Part shown: piece after piece, positions 1 through 12,290 of the stretch
Numbering within the stretch: position 1 is the stretch's first letter
Layout of the letters: every line of letters begins with the position of its first letter
Assembly (NCBI GenBank): GCA_030390025.1
Contig: CM059430.1
Span: 158,968,001 to 159,032,000, forward strand
Length of the DNA stretch: 64,000 nt
Origin: Squalus acanthias
Lineage: Eukaryota
Direction: 5' to 3'
The notes under the pieces: generated by a model
What the model was told of the DNA's origin: nothing
Database searches by the model: none
What the model saw: the letters and a program-made list of their open reading frames with translations, nothing else
Translations under genes and position numbers: made by a program

Positions 1-348
1 CTAGATGCAGGAAGGATGTTCCCGATGGCCGGGGAGTCCAGAACCAGGGGTCACAGTCTAAGGATAAGGGGTAAGCCATTTAGGACTGAGATGAGGAGGA
101 ATTTCTTCACCCAGAGAGTGGTGAACCTGTGTAATTCTCTACCACAGAAGGCAGTAGAGGCCAATTCATTAAATATATTCAAGAAGGAGTTAGATATATT
201 TCTTAAAACTAAAGGTATCAAGGGATATGGAGAGAAGGCAGGGACAGGGTACTGAATTTGGATGATCAGCCATGATCTCATTGAATGGCGGAGCAGGCTC
301 GAGGGGCTGAATGGCCTACTCCTGCTCCTATCTTCTATGTTTCTATGT
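1..348 (+). mobile_element. CR1 LINE 3' end (ORF2 C-terminus and 3' UTR)
   Basis: ORF 16-255 reads ...RTRGHSLRIRGKPFRTEMRRNFFTQRVVNL...GIKGYG, the typical CR1 ORF2 C-terminus. The 3' UTR contains GAATGGCCTACTCCTGCTCC and a (TTCTATGT)n tail. Confidence 0.95.
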
Positions 349-550
349 AAGTATCAGTCTGTGTAAATTACCTTAGGTGTTGTAATCGAGTAGAGTCCAT
401 AAATACCAGTAGGCTATTGTTTTGATGTGCATGAGTGTGTGTGTTTAATAAACTTGCATGAGTTTGTGTGTTCAATAAACTTATTCCAAATTCTTTCAAA
501 AGAATTGGTCTTGCTGTCAATTTAATGCCAGTCGAAATAGAAAGCTTACA
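349..550 (+). mobile_element. Probable 3' part of an LTR (solo-LTR remnant) interrupted by the upstream CR1
   Basis: TATA-like CATAAATA near 398, two AATAAA within a ~28-bp tandem duplication (about 428-482), and a ...GCTTACA end at 550 where an old CR1 resumes. Confidence 0.45.
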
Positions 551-1232
551 ATGGTGTCAAACTAACTAGAGAATAGGTGGATGGAGATCGGGGAGTAATG
601 GTAGACTTGACACTGACCATATCAAACCATTGCAGAGCAATTAACAATGTAAAGAGAATGCTGAGCTATATTGCCAAATTAGCAGAGTATAAATCTTAGG
701 CCTTCATGCTGAAGCAGTATAGTGCTCTGGTCAGGCCATACCTTGAATACAGCATTCAGTTCCAAGGCACAAGAGAAACATTCAGGCATTGAAAACAGTG
801 CTGAGAAAGTCCATAAGGTTATCCCGATGTTAGAAGACTGAGTTATGAAAGAAAGAAATTGTATTTATATAGCGCCTTTCATGAAACATAGACTCTTTAA
901 CCATGAAATGAGGTGAACAAAGCTGCATTAAACATACTATGAGGAGTAGAAAAGATTCATCCTGAACACTATTTTAAGTTAAACCTTGACTGGGGGACAA
1001 GGGACATAAATACAAATGAGTAAAGAGCAAATTGAGGACTGATGTCAGGAAGCACTTCTTCAAACAAAAAGTGATTAATATCTGGAATGGTCTTCCAGAT
1101 AGGGTAGTGGAGGTGAAAGCTCTGGAGTCAATCAAGAGGTAGATGGATACTGATGGAAGAAACATGGATTTTGATGAAAGGATGAGCTAGATAGGCCAAA
1201 TGGCTTTGCTCATCTGTACTAATCTTTGTGAT
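551..1232 (+). mobile_element. Old, degenerate CR1 LINE 3' fragment
   Basis: Decayed CR1 motifs: tatagtgctctggtcaggccataccttgaatac (Y.ALVRP.LEY) and aggactgatgtcaggaagcacttcttc, plus a CR1-type tail near 1200-1232. Confidence 0.8.
848..885 (-). mobile_element. Short 3'-tail fragment of a DeuSINE/L2-type element inserted in the old CR1
   Basis: Reverse complement reads tgaaaggcgctatataaatacaatttctttc, similar to the tail of the element at 44543-44720. Confidence 0.55.
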
Positions 1233-1574
1233 TATCTTAAAATGGTAATTTTGGAATTATTTGGTCTAGCATTTTTATTATGTTTATAAATACATGTTAT
1301 AATAATGCCATTCACATCTCACAGCACTGCAAACATAGGAAAAAACATTATGATGTAATGTCCAATATATTGGTGACATTGCGTTGAGCGAGCTCAGAAA
1401 TGTACAAAGATAATCTACAGGCTTTGGTTAAGTACATAACCAGAGAGAACAAGATCAAACCAACTACATATTAAGGGCAGAGAAAGCAATAAGTAAAGAA
1501 AAACCTGACCTTCACAACTTGCAGCCTCTATGTAATTTCTCTGTTAATGTGCCTCTATAAATGACACATATACA

Positions 1575-2186
1575 CAGACATTACAGAGGCTGGACTCCTT
1601 AAACTGGTAAGAGCCATAAATGATGCAGATTTAATAGGCCATGAGCTTGACAGCATCCTGGACAGAACAGTCCAATTAATCAGTGCCCTACCACTGGATT
1701 TAATAACCATCCCCTCCACCATCAGAATACTGTGGCTACAGCATGCATGATCTACAGATGTACTGTAGCAAATCATCACTATGGCAATACCTCCCAACCC
1801 TGCAAACTCTACCAAGAAGGCCAGGAGCAATAATGTCATCAAAACACTATATCCTCCATGTTCTGCAGGATGCACTGCAGAAACTCACCCAAGTTACAAT
1901 GACAGCACCTCGCAGCCTCACAACCAAGAAGACCGAGTGCTGCAAATCATGGGATCGTCATCATTTCCAAGTTACACACCATCTTGACTTGGACATACAT
2001 CGCCATTCTTTCATTGTTGCTCGGTCAATATCCCGGAGTTCCCTAGCTAACACCATTGTGGGAGTACCATCACCACAGGTATTACAGCCATTCAAAGTGG
2101 TAGCCCACCACCTCCTCTTCAGGACAACTAGGAATGCAGCCTCGCCAGCTTCCCCCACATCCCAAAAACAAATAGAAAAAGAATAA
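1575..2186 (+). mobile_element. Degenerate 3' end of LINE family 2 (CR1/L2 group)
   Basis: Colinear with the 3' ends of the copies at 20503 and 51446 (cattgtgggagtaccatcaccac...caccacct...cccacatccc, then an A-rich tail). Confidence 0.8.
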
Positions 2187-2271
2187 AATTGGCAGAATAT
2201 TACAGAGATTACTCAATAACCTTTGTCGAATTAGAGAGTTTAATAAAGAATTTGCACCTGGGAGTCATAAT

Positions 2272-2949
2272 GGCCTCGATATTAACCCCACCATGATGAG
2301 AGGGAGTCAGTGGGGGGGTTTAAAATTTTATAACGGGGAATGCGTCCCCAACCCGTCGCATACGCACCCTTTGCCGTATTCACAGCGGCGAGTGTCCCAC
2401 CGTGGCGAGGTGGACCAATATTTCATGAACATATTTAAATCAGGCTTCCACAGTGCAAATAGTAGCTGCCACATTGTTTTCCTGGGGCTCGGGAAACCTG
2501 GAAGTAAAAGAGAGGTGGGAGCTTCCGGCTCAAGAAGTTAAGTGCCTTTTCCAACACTCCATGTGGGCCAGGAGGAGCAGGAGTGCTTCCCCCGGCCCCT
2601 CAAGGAAGCCTTTGGCCTCCCCTCTGCCAATCACAGCCTCTCTTCCCCCCTGCCACAATCGCAGACCTCCCACACCGCCACCTCCCCCCCACCACCCCCA
2701 AGCCCAGATCTCCGGGTCTTCACCCCTCGAGATTGCTGGGGACCATCGCCAAGGGTCCCCGTGTGCAGCCTTTTGCCGCTGGTTTTCCCGCCCACAGCCG
2801 GCCAGTTTGTCAATTCGGCCGGCAGAAGAAGAAAATTAGAGTGAGGTCCCATCATTAAATTCGGCAAGATCTCCACATCCCCGGTCTCGACATGTTCCCT
2901 GGCCGTTTTTGCCCCCGACCCTCCCTGCCTCCCCATAAATATCAGGGTC
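2272..2949. mobile_element. Harbinger-type MITE (non-autonomous DNA transposon)
   Basis: Imperfect 12-bp TIRs GGCCTCGATATT / AATATCAGGGTC, 3-bp TSD AAT (2269-2271 and 2950-2952), GC-rich interior. Confidence 0.8.
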
Positions 2950-3327
2950 AATGAATGGTGTATAATGATATGTCTGGTCCACAGCAATCTCAGTGGATTG
3001 TTTACTGGTGCAGAGCTCTACTTCTGAATAAAGCATCACAAAACACCAACTATAGAACTGGTGCAAACCAATATTGGTAGTTAAATCATGTAGCAGACCT
3101 TGCACTCTTGCTACAGAAGAACATGATGATCACAGGTGCCTGTCTGCCTACTATTTATTGAACCAATATTATTAATAGTCAGTGTCCATGATAATGTAGG
3201 TAGTACATGATATGTGGAAAGGTGCCATCTTTATTCCATGCTTTCTTATGTTCTTTATATTTGCAAATTAGCTCTCTCCCCCCAAAAATGGAGAGTTCTT
3301 CCTTTAACAGAGAACCGTTTTTCTTAC

Positions 3328-3343
3328 TTTCTGTGCGGCTTTC
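3328..3343 (-). other. Candidate 16-nt microexon of an unidentified host gene
   Basis: Minus strand: long polypyrimidine tract ...ttgtttttatctctttgtgtctcatgcatag | GAAAGCCGCACAGAAA | gtaaga, in unique non-TE sequence. Confidence 0.5.
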
Positions 3344-3661
3344 CTATGCATGAGACACAAAGAGATAAAAACAACTAAGGGACACAACAGAGGTAAAGGA
3401 AAAGTCTGATTGCAATCTGGCACTGAGATCGAATTTGACCAAGGTACTGAGATGACTATTGTGACTTGACATATGCAAATCTAATCAAATAATTTTTGTT
3501 GCTTTTCAAAAAAGAAGTTGTAAAGTCTAACCCATTATGTGTGTTGCTGCACTGCCTTTTGATGCACACACTCGACAATTACTTATGTACAAAGTGTACA
3601 TTTGTTCATGATCATCCATGTAGAAAACTGATATTTCCAGCTATTGTCTTTCTTACCTTTC

Positions 3662-4485
3662 AACATAAGAACATAAGAAATAGGAGCTGGAGTCGGCCAT
3701 TTGGCCCTTCAAACCTGCTCCGCCATTCAACAAAATCATGGCTGATCTTCTACCTCAACTCCACCTTCCCGCACTATCACCATATCCCTTAATTCCCCTT
3801 GTTCCCAAAAAATTATCAACCTCTGTCTTGAATATACTCAACAACTGGAACATCCACAGCTCTCTGGGGTAGAGAATTCCAAAGATTCACAATCCTTTGA
3901 GTGAAGAAATTTCTCCTCATCTCAGTCCTAAATGGTCTACCCCTTATTCTGTGACTATGACCCCGTGTTCTAGATTCCCCAGCCAGGGCAAACATTTTCC
4001 CAGCACTAACCCTGTCAAGCCCCTTAAGAATTTTATACATTTCAATTAAATTGCCTCTCATTCTTCTAAACTGTTAGGAATATAGGCCTAGTCTACTCAA
4101 TCTCTCCTCATAAGGCAATCCCCTCATCCTAGGAACCAGTCTGGTGAACCTTCGTTGCACTCCCTCTAAGGCAAGTATGCCTTTCCTTAGGTAAGGAGAC
4201 CAGAACTGTACACAGTACTCCAGGTGTGGCCTCACCAATGCCCTAAGACTTCTTTACTCTTATACTCAAATCCCTTTGTAACAAAAGCTAACATACCATT
4301 TGCTTTCCTAATTGCTTGCTGTACCTGCATGTTAACTTTCTGTGATTCATGTACAAGGACACCCAGGTCCCTCTGAGTGCAAACATTTCCCAGTCTCTCA
4401 CTATTCAAAATATATTCTGCTTTTTTGTTTTTCCTACCAAAGTGGATAACTTCACATTTCCCCACATTGTATTCCATTCGCCATG
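3662..4485 (-). mobile_element. 5'-truncated CR1 LINE
   Basis: ORFs 4232-4531 (EYNVGKCEVIHFG...QRDLGVLV) and 3816-4061 (C-terminus); (TTCTTATG)n tail at about 3662. Confidence 0.95.
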
Positions 4486-4725
4486 TTATAGAACTTAGTA
4501 TTTCCCTCTTGTAAAGGCTATTCTGCAACACTTTAACTTTACACTACAACAGAAGAGATTGATTAGAAAATTGGAATCTGAATTATCTCATCAAAAAATG
4601 TTAAATCTAGGATTTTTGAATGAATATTTCAGGTCCAATTTAGCTTTCAGATATACCATTATTTTTGACAGAGGAATTATTGGAAGAATAATAGATCCAT
4701 TGCCTTTCAAGTTATTTTTATCTCA

Positions 4726-4808
4726 CTAATTTTCTTCCCCCTTTTCTCCTGAAGGTTCTGATTCCTGCTGCGATCAGGTTCTCCAGGATACTATTAGCCC
4801 AAGTGACC
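4726..4808 (-). mobile_element. 3' fragment of AmnSINE2-like SINE
   Basis: aattttcttccccct...ctcctgaagg...cccaagtgacc matches the tails of the copies at 14985, 19576, 37148 and 49125. Confidence 0.5.
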
Positions 4809-5127
4809 GGTCAATAAGATCATGGCTGATCTATGACCTCAACTCCACTTTCCCGCCCAATTCCCATTATCTCCATGGGGCCAGCTCACACTTAGATGAT
4901 ATTTCGCACTCAGTGTAGATAAATGTAAAGTGCTGCATATTGGTGCAAACATAAGAGCTTGCAATGTTTGTAAAGATGATACAAATGGAGGATCAATATT
5001 TGAAAAAAGAGCAATGGGGTATGATTTGTGATTATTACAGTGGGCTTATTGAAATAGCATTCAATGCAGGAAAGAGCAATTAATAAGTTGTACAAAACAT
5101 TGAAGTATATATTGCCATAAGTCTGTG

Positions 5128-7935
5128 AAGGTCAAAAAATCATGATAATGAAACAGTTTGGGTGGAGATAAGGAATAATAAGGGGAAAAAAAACACTAGT
5201 GGGCGTAGTCTATAGGCCTCCGAACAGTTGCAACTCTGTTGGATGGAGTATCAATCAGGAAATAGTTGAGGCATGTAATAAGGGAACATCTATAATTATG
5301 GGGGATTTTAACTATCATATTAATTGGACAAATCAAATGGGGCAGGGCTGCCTTGAGGATGAGTTCATTGAGTGTATTAGGGATGGGTTTCTTGAGCAGT
5401 ATGTAACTGAACCGACCAGGGGGCAAGCAACCTTAGATCTGGTCCTGTGTAACGAGACAGGATTAATTAAAAATGTCCTAGTAAAGGATCCACTTGGAAT
5501 GAGTGACCATAACATGGTTGAATTCCATATTCAATTAGAGGGTGAGAAGGTTGGATCTCAAACAAGCGTGCTAAGCTTGAATAAAGGAGACTATGAAGGT
5601 ATGCGAGCGGAATTGAGTAGAGTGGATTGGGAAAATAGATTAAAGGGTAAGACGACACATGATCAGTGGTGTATATTCAAGGAGTTATTTTACAACTTCC
5701 AAAAAATATATATTCCACTGAAAAGAAAAGGGTGTAAAAGAAAGGACAGTCATCCGTGGCTAAGTAAAGAAATTAAGGATAGTATTCGACTAAAAACAAG
5801 GGCATATAAGGTAGCGAAATCTAGTGGGAGGACAGAGGATTGGGAAAACTTTAAAAGGCAGCAAAAAATAACAAAAAGATTGATTAAGAAAGGGAAGATA
5901 GATTATGAAAGTAAATTAGCAAAAAATATAAAAACAGATAGTAAGAGTTTTTATAGTTATATAAAAAGAAAAAGGGTGGCTAAAGTAAATGTTGGTCCCT
6001 TAGAGGATGAGACTGGGAAATTAATGGTGGGAAATATGGAGATGGCAAAAACACTGAATGAATATTTTGTATCAGTCTTTACAGTAGAGGACACTAAGAA
6101 TATCCCAACACTGGACAAACAGGGGGCTATAGGGGGAAGAGGAGCTAAACACGATCAAAATCACTAAGGAAGTGGTACTCGGTAAAATAATGGGACTCAA
6201 GGCGGATAAATCACCTGGACCTGATGGCTTACATCCTAGAGTCTTGAAGGAAGTGGCGGTAGGGATTGTAGATGCATTGGTAATAATTTTTCAAAACTCC
6301 CTGGATTCCGCTAAGGTCCCGGCAGACTGGAAAACTGCTAATGTAACACCCTTATTTAAAAAGGGCAGTAGACAGAAGGCTGGTAACTATAGACCGGTTA
6401 GCCTAACATCTGTGGTAGGTAAAATTTTGGAGTCCATTATTAAGGAAACAGTAACAGGACATTTGGATAATCATAATTTAATAGGACAAAGTCAGCATGG
6501 TTTTACGAAGGGGAAGTCATGTTTGACAAATTTGCTGGAGTTCTTTGAGGAAGTAACATATAGAGTGGATAAAGGGGAACCAGTGGACGTAGTGTATTTA
6601 GACTTCCAAAAGGCATTTGACAAGGTGCCACACAAAAGATTATTGCTTAAGGTAAAAAATCACGGGATTGGGGGTAATATTCTGGCATGGATAGAGGATT
6701 GGCTATCTAACAGAAAGCAAAGAGTTGGGATAAATGGTTCATTCTCAGACTGGCAATGAGTAACTAGTGGTGTTCCACAGGGGTCAGTGCTGGGTCCCCA
6801 ACTCTTTACAATCTATATTAACGATTTGGAGGAAGGGACCAAGTGTAACATATCAAAATTTGCAGATGATACAAAGATGGGAGGGAAAGTACTGAGTGAG
6901 GAGGACATAAAAAACCTGCAAGGGGACATAGACAGGCTAAGTAAGTGGGCAGAGATTTGGCAGATGGAATACAACACTGGAAAGTGTGAGGTGATGCACT
7001 TTGGCAGGAAAAATCCTAGAGCAATTTATTATCTTAATGGCAAGAAACTGGAGAGTACTGAAGTGCAAAGGGATCTGGGGGTCCTGGTGCACGAAACTCA
7101 AAAGGTTAGTATGCAGGTGCAGCAAGTGATTAAGAAGGCAAATGGAATGTTGGCTTTCATTGCTAGGGGGATAGAATATAAAAATAGGGAGGTATTGCTT
7201 CAGTTGTACAAGGTATTGGTGAGACCGCACCTGGAATACTGCATACAGTTTTGGTGTCCTTACTTAAGGAAAGACATCCTTGCTCTCGAGGCAGTGCAAA
7301 AAAGGTTCACTCGGTTAATCCCGGGGATGAGGGGGTGGTCATATGAGGAGAGGTTGGGTAGATTGGGACTCTACTCATTGGAGTTCAGAAGAATGAGAGG
7401 CGATCTTATTGAAACATATAAGATTGTGAAGGGGTTGGATCGGGTGGATGCGGGGAGGATGTTCCCGATGACGGGTGAGACTAGAACTAGGGGACATAGT
7501 CTTAGAATAAGGGGCTGCACTTTCAAAACTGAGATGAGGAGGAACTACTTCACTCAGAGGGTGGTAGGTCCATGGAATATGCTGCCACAAAAAGCTGTAG
7601 AAGCTACATCATTAAATAAATTTAAAACAGAAATAGACAGTTTCCTAGAAGTAAAGGGCATTAAGGGTTACGGGGAGCGGGCAGGAATTTGGACATGAGT
7701 CTAGGTTCGGATCGGTCATGGCCCTGTGGGTAGTGGAGCGGGCCCAGGGACCGTGTAGCCTGATTCTGCTCCTATTTCGTGTGTGCAATTCTGTTCGATG
7801 CAGGAGATGGTTCTGTGATAGATAGTAGATTGGCGGTTAGGATCAGATCAGCCATGATCTTATTGAATGGCGGAGCAGGCTCGAGGGGCCGATTGGCCTA
7901 CTCCTGCTCCTATTTCTTATGTTCTTATGTTCTTA
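5128..7935 (+). mobile_element. CR1 LINE, 5'-truncated, with a duplicated 3' UTR module
   Basis: APE endonuclease motifs (GVVYRPP, MGDFN, SDHN), RT motifs (QHGF, LDFQKAFDKV, FADD), CR1 C-terminus, (TTCTTATG)n tail. Confidence 0.97.
5199..7698 (+). pseudogene. CR1 ORF2 (endonuclease/reverse transcriptase), disrupted
   Basis: Three ORF pieces (5199-6167, 6172-6759, 6787-7698) separated by a frameshift near 6137 and an in-frame TGA at 6757-6759. Confidence 0.93.
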
Positions 7936-8500
7936 TAACTCTGTATAATGCCATAATTAGACTACAATTTGATCTGGCATCCAGTTCTACTGGACATTCA
8001 TTTGTGTGAAATGGTGCAGAAGAGATTGTTCTGTATGAAGATAAATTTGTTACAGAGGTGGACTGGTTGGAATAAGTAAGAAAATTTAGCTTAAGAAGAA
8101 AATTTAATACTAGTATTTAAAATATTGAAGGGGACAGGTAAAGATGGAGATAGCAAGGTATAAGTAAATAAGAAGATATAAATTCGACATTTGGAAAGAG
8201 TCCCAAAGAAATTTTCTTCCTAAAGTTTAATGTGAGAAACAAGCTAGTGCAACGAACAGTGACTATGCAGACTTGAAAGCTTGACAGGTTTGTATCACAT
8301 CAGTGAATTAAGGGGTGCAAGATCCTGGCCAAGATTAATTCAAGCTGGGGCCTAAATGACAAGGGGAATGTTGAACAACAGGATGGAAATGACTGGCAAC
8401 CCCATTCATCGAGAGAGCAGGATAATAATCAGATGGGATATACAAGCCCAAAGGACCATAGGGTCTCTTCTCATTCCTCAGTTTGTATTCTGATACTTCT
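7936..8500 (+). mobile_element. Very old CR1 fragment, probably continuing the relic at about 4900-5110 that the younger CR1 interrupted
   Basis: Decayed CR1 landmarks (ctgtataatgccataattagac, gtgcagaagag, gtatttaaaatattgaagggg) and a CR1-like tail near 8450-8490. Confidence 0.55.
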
Positions 8501-9469
8501 CTTTTGAAACAACCACGTTATGTAAAGTAGATAAGGATGAGGTTTCCGACTAGAATGGAATTATAGGACAGCCAGAATGAACTTAAAGCAATGTAGGATG
8601 GTTTCTTGAAATAGGTCTCACAAAGCTTGTGTTTAGTGGACTTAGGAGTCAAATAACTTTCACATCAATGTGCAGCTGAAACCACTTTGCACAGACATGA
8701 AAGTGACAGTAGAACTGCACCCATAGGGGAAATTGTCGTAGACCTCAGACCATTACTAAATGTTGTGGAGATACAAACACTTTATGTGCTTGGAATTTAA
8801 ATCATATTTGGAATCTATAGGTATTTTAAATACAGTATATATCGATGGAAAAGGACATATTCTGCCCTGGTAATTCTATTCAACAAATGCCTCAGTGCAC
8901 ATGCCATATATAATACTGCTGAGGCACACTGATTTATATTAAGGATATGTCAGGAAAAAGACATTGTTTCCACATGAAACATTTCTGTTTTCCGGAGGTC
9001 AATGCCTCAAGCTAAGCGTAATGAATCAGAGCTAGCTCTTGGAATCTGCCTTTCTCCGATCTGTTCTTCAATCCAGCAGTGGTCTTTTATAAAGATGAAT
9101 AGAAAGAAAAAATATTTTCAATGTCCAAAATTCAACAGCATTAAAGCACTTTTTGCTTCAAATCAGACGACAGCTCCCTGATGGTTTCACTGGCATTGCT
9201 CTGAGTGAATCTCTCAGTGAATTCACATCTGTTCAAATGATGCACTAATTTTAAAATTAATTAGTTTCTTTTTCCCACCAAAAAATTCTGCCACTTGCAG
9301 GGAGGACATTCTAATTAAATCTTATTCCTCATGAGCTTTAAAGTAGGAGCAACAGCAGAGAAGAACGTACATGTACTGCATGACTGTTTTTCAAAAGAAA
9401 ATTGACACCTGCATGGAAATTAGAATTCTTATTAAGTTGCATCGTTCTCTAGGGCTTCGGTGAAACTCT

Positions 9470-10370
9470 GGCCGTAACTTTCCTGTAAAAAAACAGGCGG
9501 GTTTGGAGTGTGGGGACAGTTAAATTGTTAAAGGTGGGATTCCTGACCTGATCCCGCCTCCAACCCGCCCATTTCCAGTTTTACCGGAGGCGGGAAGGGG
9601 GGTGGGCGACCAGAATTTAAATATTGTAATGAGGCTGGAAGCCTCTTTTTCCTGGCCATTTTGAATTTAACTGCCTGGAGACGGGTTTCACACAATTCGT
9701 GAAACCCGGCAGTTAAACTGAGGCGGGGACTGCTGCATCCAGGAGATCAATGGCTTTATACCTAGCTCCTGGATCCAGGGTCCCGAACATACCCACTCCC
9801 CACAATCGGCGACCCCCACACAAGGTCTGCGATCGCATTCCCAGGCCTCTGCCCCCTGCCCAACAATGATGATGAGGCCAGCCACGATCCTCCGGTGGCT
9901 AGCACCAATCCTCCGCTACCCCCCCGCCCGCCCTGATCCCTGGCCGACCCCCCACCCCTGTGATCCGCGATCCCTGATTCCCTCTCGTGGTCCCTGCTGC
10001 CTGCAGATCCCCGACCTCCCCAATCCCCGACCTCCACGATCCCCTGCCGAGCCTGCAAGCCCCCTCGCCGATCCTCTCTCCCCCTCCCGATTCCCAACAT
10101 CCCCCCCCACCGATTGCCGACCCCCTCCTCATTTCCGACCCTACCCCACCGCCCCCCCCACCCGCCGATTGCCAACCGCCCCCCCGCAATCCCTCCCCCA
10201 GACCGACCCCTCGCAACTGAGGCCTACCCGCCCACAGCCAGCCAGCCTCTCAAGCTGGCTGGCTGTGGGCGAGAAACAGAAGCCTCACATTCAAATTCGG
10301 CCTCCTGGGTTTCCCGCCAGCCTTGGAGGCCCCCTCAACCCTACCCACCTCGCCGAAGAAAATTCCGGCC
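9470..10370. mobile_element. Harbinger-type MITE with a C-rich internal tandem repeat
   Basis: TIRs GGCCGTAACTTT / AAAATTCCGGCC, TSD TCT (9467-9469 and 10371-10373), degenerate CCCCCGAT-like repeats at about 9900-10210. Confidence 0.8.
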
Positions 10371-10807
10371 TCTGGGTTCTCACTGACCACACCTCGAATC
10401 CCAACAAGAGGTCAAGTGTGACCTCTCAAAGTTTACTGCTATGTTAAGTCCTTGGCAAGTTGCATAATATTAAGTGAAGTGAAGTGAAATATCATCAAGA
10501 ATTTTGGATGCAAGTCAAGCATTTCAGTATGTAAACAAGAGCCGAACTCAAATGGAATGCAAACTGGCTTCAGGCAGGTCAGTCTATTGTAATTTTCACA
10601 ATAATGTTATTTTCAAAGGGTTTCAAAGATTTTATTTAAATTGGATGTTTGAAGCTATTCATAAACGTTATTATGCAAATTATGAATGACTGACGGCAGC
10701 CGTCTTTCCCGATAATATTGACCGCTGTTTACATAAAGGGGTTTTGTGATGTTACAGATCCTTTAAATGGATCCATTAAATGCTAAAGTTAGATTATAAA
10801 ACTCCAA

Positions 10808-11725
10808 GGGGGAAAAATTCGGTTGGTTAGCGCCTCCTGTTAGCGCCTCCGGGGGGCGCTAGCAACTTAGCGCCCGAGCGCAGAGATTTTAGCGCCGCTC
10901 GCGAAATTGACCAGTCGTTTTGCAGCGGCGCTAAACACTACCGCCACGATCTCCTGCGCCCACATGAACATTGGCTAAACCACTCAAGTGCCAACCCTTG
11001 CGTGTTCTTAGTTGGTAGATTTAGGGCGAGTGTGAGGGGTGGCTAGTGAGATGGGGAAGTGATAATGTAGATAGAGAGAGATGGGTGGAGGTGCAAGGTA
11101 AGTTGGTGTGAGTAAGGATGAGCAGGAATAGGATAGGGAAGGCAGAGTGATGGGGATGTGATGAGTGGCACAGCAGGATGGGGTTGAGTGTGGCTTTGTA
11201 CTAACGTTTCGTGATCTACTGAGATCATTGAAAGTTTTGCGCCACTGCAGCCTGGTCCCCCTGATGACATCCCTGCTTGTGCTGTCCTGTGCAATGTGCA
11301 ACCAGGCTGTGTTGGCCTCCTGGGGAGGTCTCTTCCGTCCATTGGAAGGGAAGAGGACCTCCCTGCGTGCTATGTCTCCCTCCATAAGCATATGGAGGGC
11401 ATCATAGGAGAGCCTGGGTGCAGCCGTGCACCTCTGTGCAGTGCTTGTCAGTGTTTGCAGCACCTCAATGCTGTAGAACACTGACAGCACAACTGTCAAA
11501 GTAAATTTGAGCATGGTCCCTTTAAGGGAACCAGCTGATGACGCATCATGTAATGACGTCATCAGACCCACTTCCTTCAATTGGCCGGGAAACTCGCTGG
11601 GCGGGCTTAACAAGCCCAATCAGGGAAAAGTCATTTTGGACAGCGGGCTGGAGCCGGCAGCAAGGCCGGGACCCACCATCGATATCGCCCGCCATGGACC
11701 CGCTGAGGTTGGTAAAATCCAGCCC
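10808..11725 (-). mobile_element. Internally deleted or chimeric PIF/Harbinger element
   Basis: Ends GGGGGAAAAATT and AAAATCCAGCCC, repeated TAGCGC motifs in the left arm, and a Myb/SANT exon inside. No matching TSD (caa vs ata). Confidence 0.75.
11206..11452 (-). pseudogene. Harbinger Myb/SANT-like (trihelix) DNA-binding protein, exon 1 relic
   Basis: AAPRLSYDALHMLMEG...RREVLFP...AWLHIA...RLQWRKTFNDL, followed by a GTTAGT donor. Homologous to exon 62164-62406. Confidence 0.8.
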
Positions 11726-11739
11726 ATAATCTACAATAA

Positions 11740-12095
11740 CAGTCCATAGCAATACCAATGGAGTGCTATGTAAATGGAGGTCCAGCCCTTCGGATGAGAT
11801 AGCAAAACCAAAAACCCCATCAACCTGTTCAGGAGCATATTAAAAATCCCACGGTACTATTTCAAGAACAGCAAGGGGATTTCTCAGTGTTGTAGCCATT
11901 ATTCTTCACTCAACCAAATCCAACAGAATACAGATTAACTGATCATTCATTTTATTGCTGTTTGGGGCAATGCTTGCACATAATGGTTGCTATGTTTGAC
12001 TACATAACAATAGTCACTATATTACAAAAAGTAATTAATCGTGTGAAAGTGCTGTGAGCTGTTTGGAAACAGTGAAGTATCATATAAATACAAAT
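11740..12095 (+). mobile_element. Degenerate DeuSINE (AmnSINE1/SacSINE1-like)
   Basis: Deu-domain-like core cttcggatgaga...aaaatcccacggtactatttcaagaacagca...ctcaaccaa...cagattaactgatcatt...attgctgtttg, plus an L2-type tail. Family recognised from memory. Confidence 0.7.
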
Positions 12096-12290
12096 ATCTA
12101 AACTTTCCATTGCTCCTTAATATGTTGATTTAAAGTTATAATCAAGAAATAAATCTATTGATTTAATGCAGCAGGGATGCAATACTTTGATACATAAAAG
12201 ATAAAAGATATCCACTGTATTTTAGTGCATTATAAAGAGGACATATATCAGCACTTGGTCATTTTCCAAATACAAGCCAATGAATGTCAT

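Noticed and set aside
8990-9110. Minus-strand terminal exon candidate (HCWIEEQIGERQ...)
   Set aside because: The AAG acceptor is weak, all frames have early stops, and the peptide is not recognised.
9688-10447. Cluster of Pro/Gly-rich ORFs
   Set aside because: These arise from the stop-poor C-rich repeat inside a MITE.
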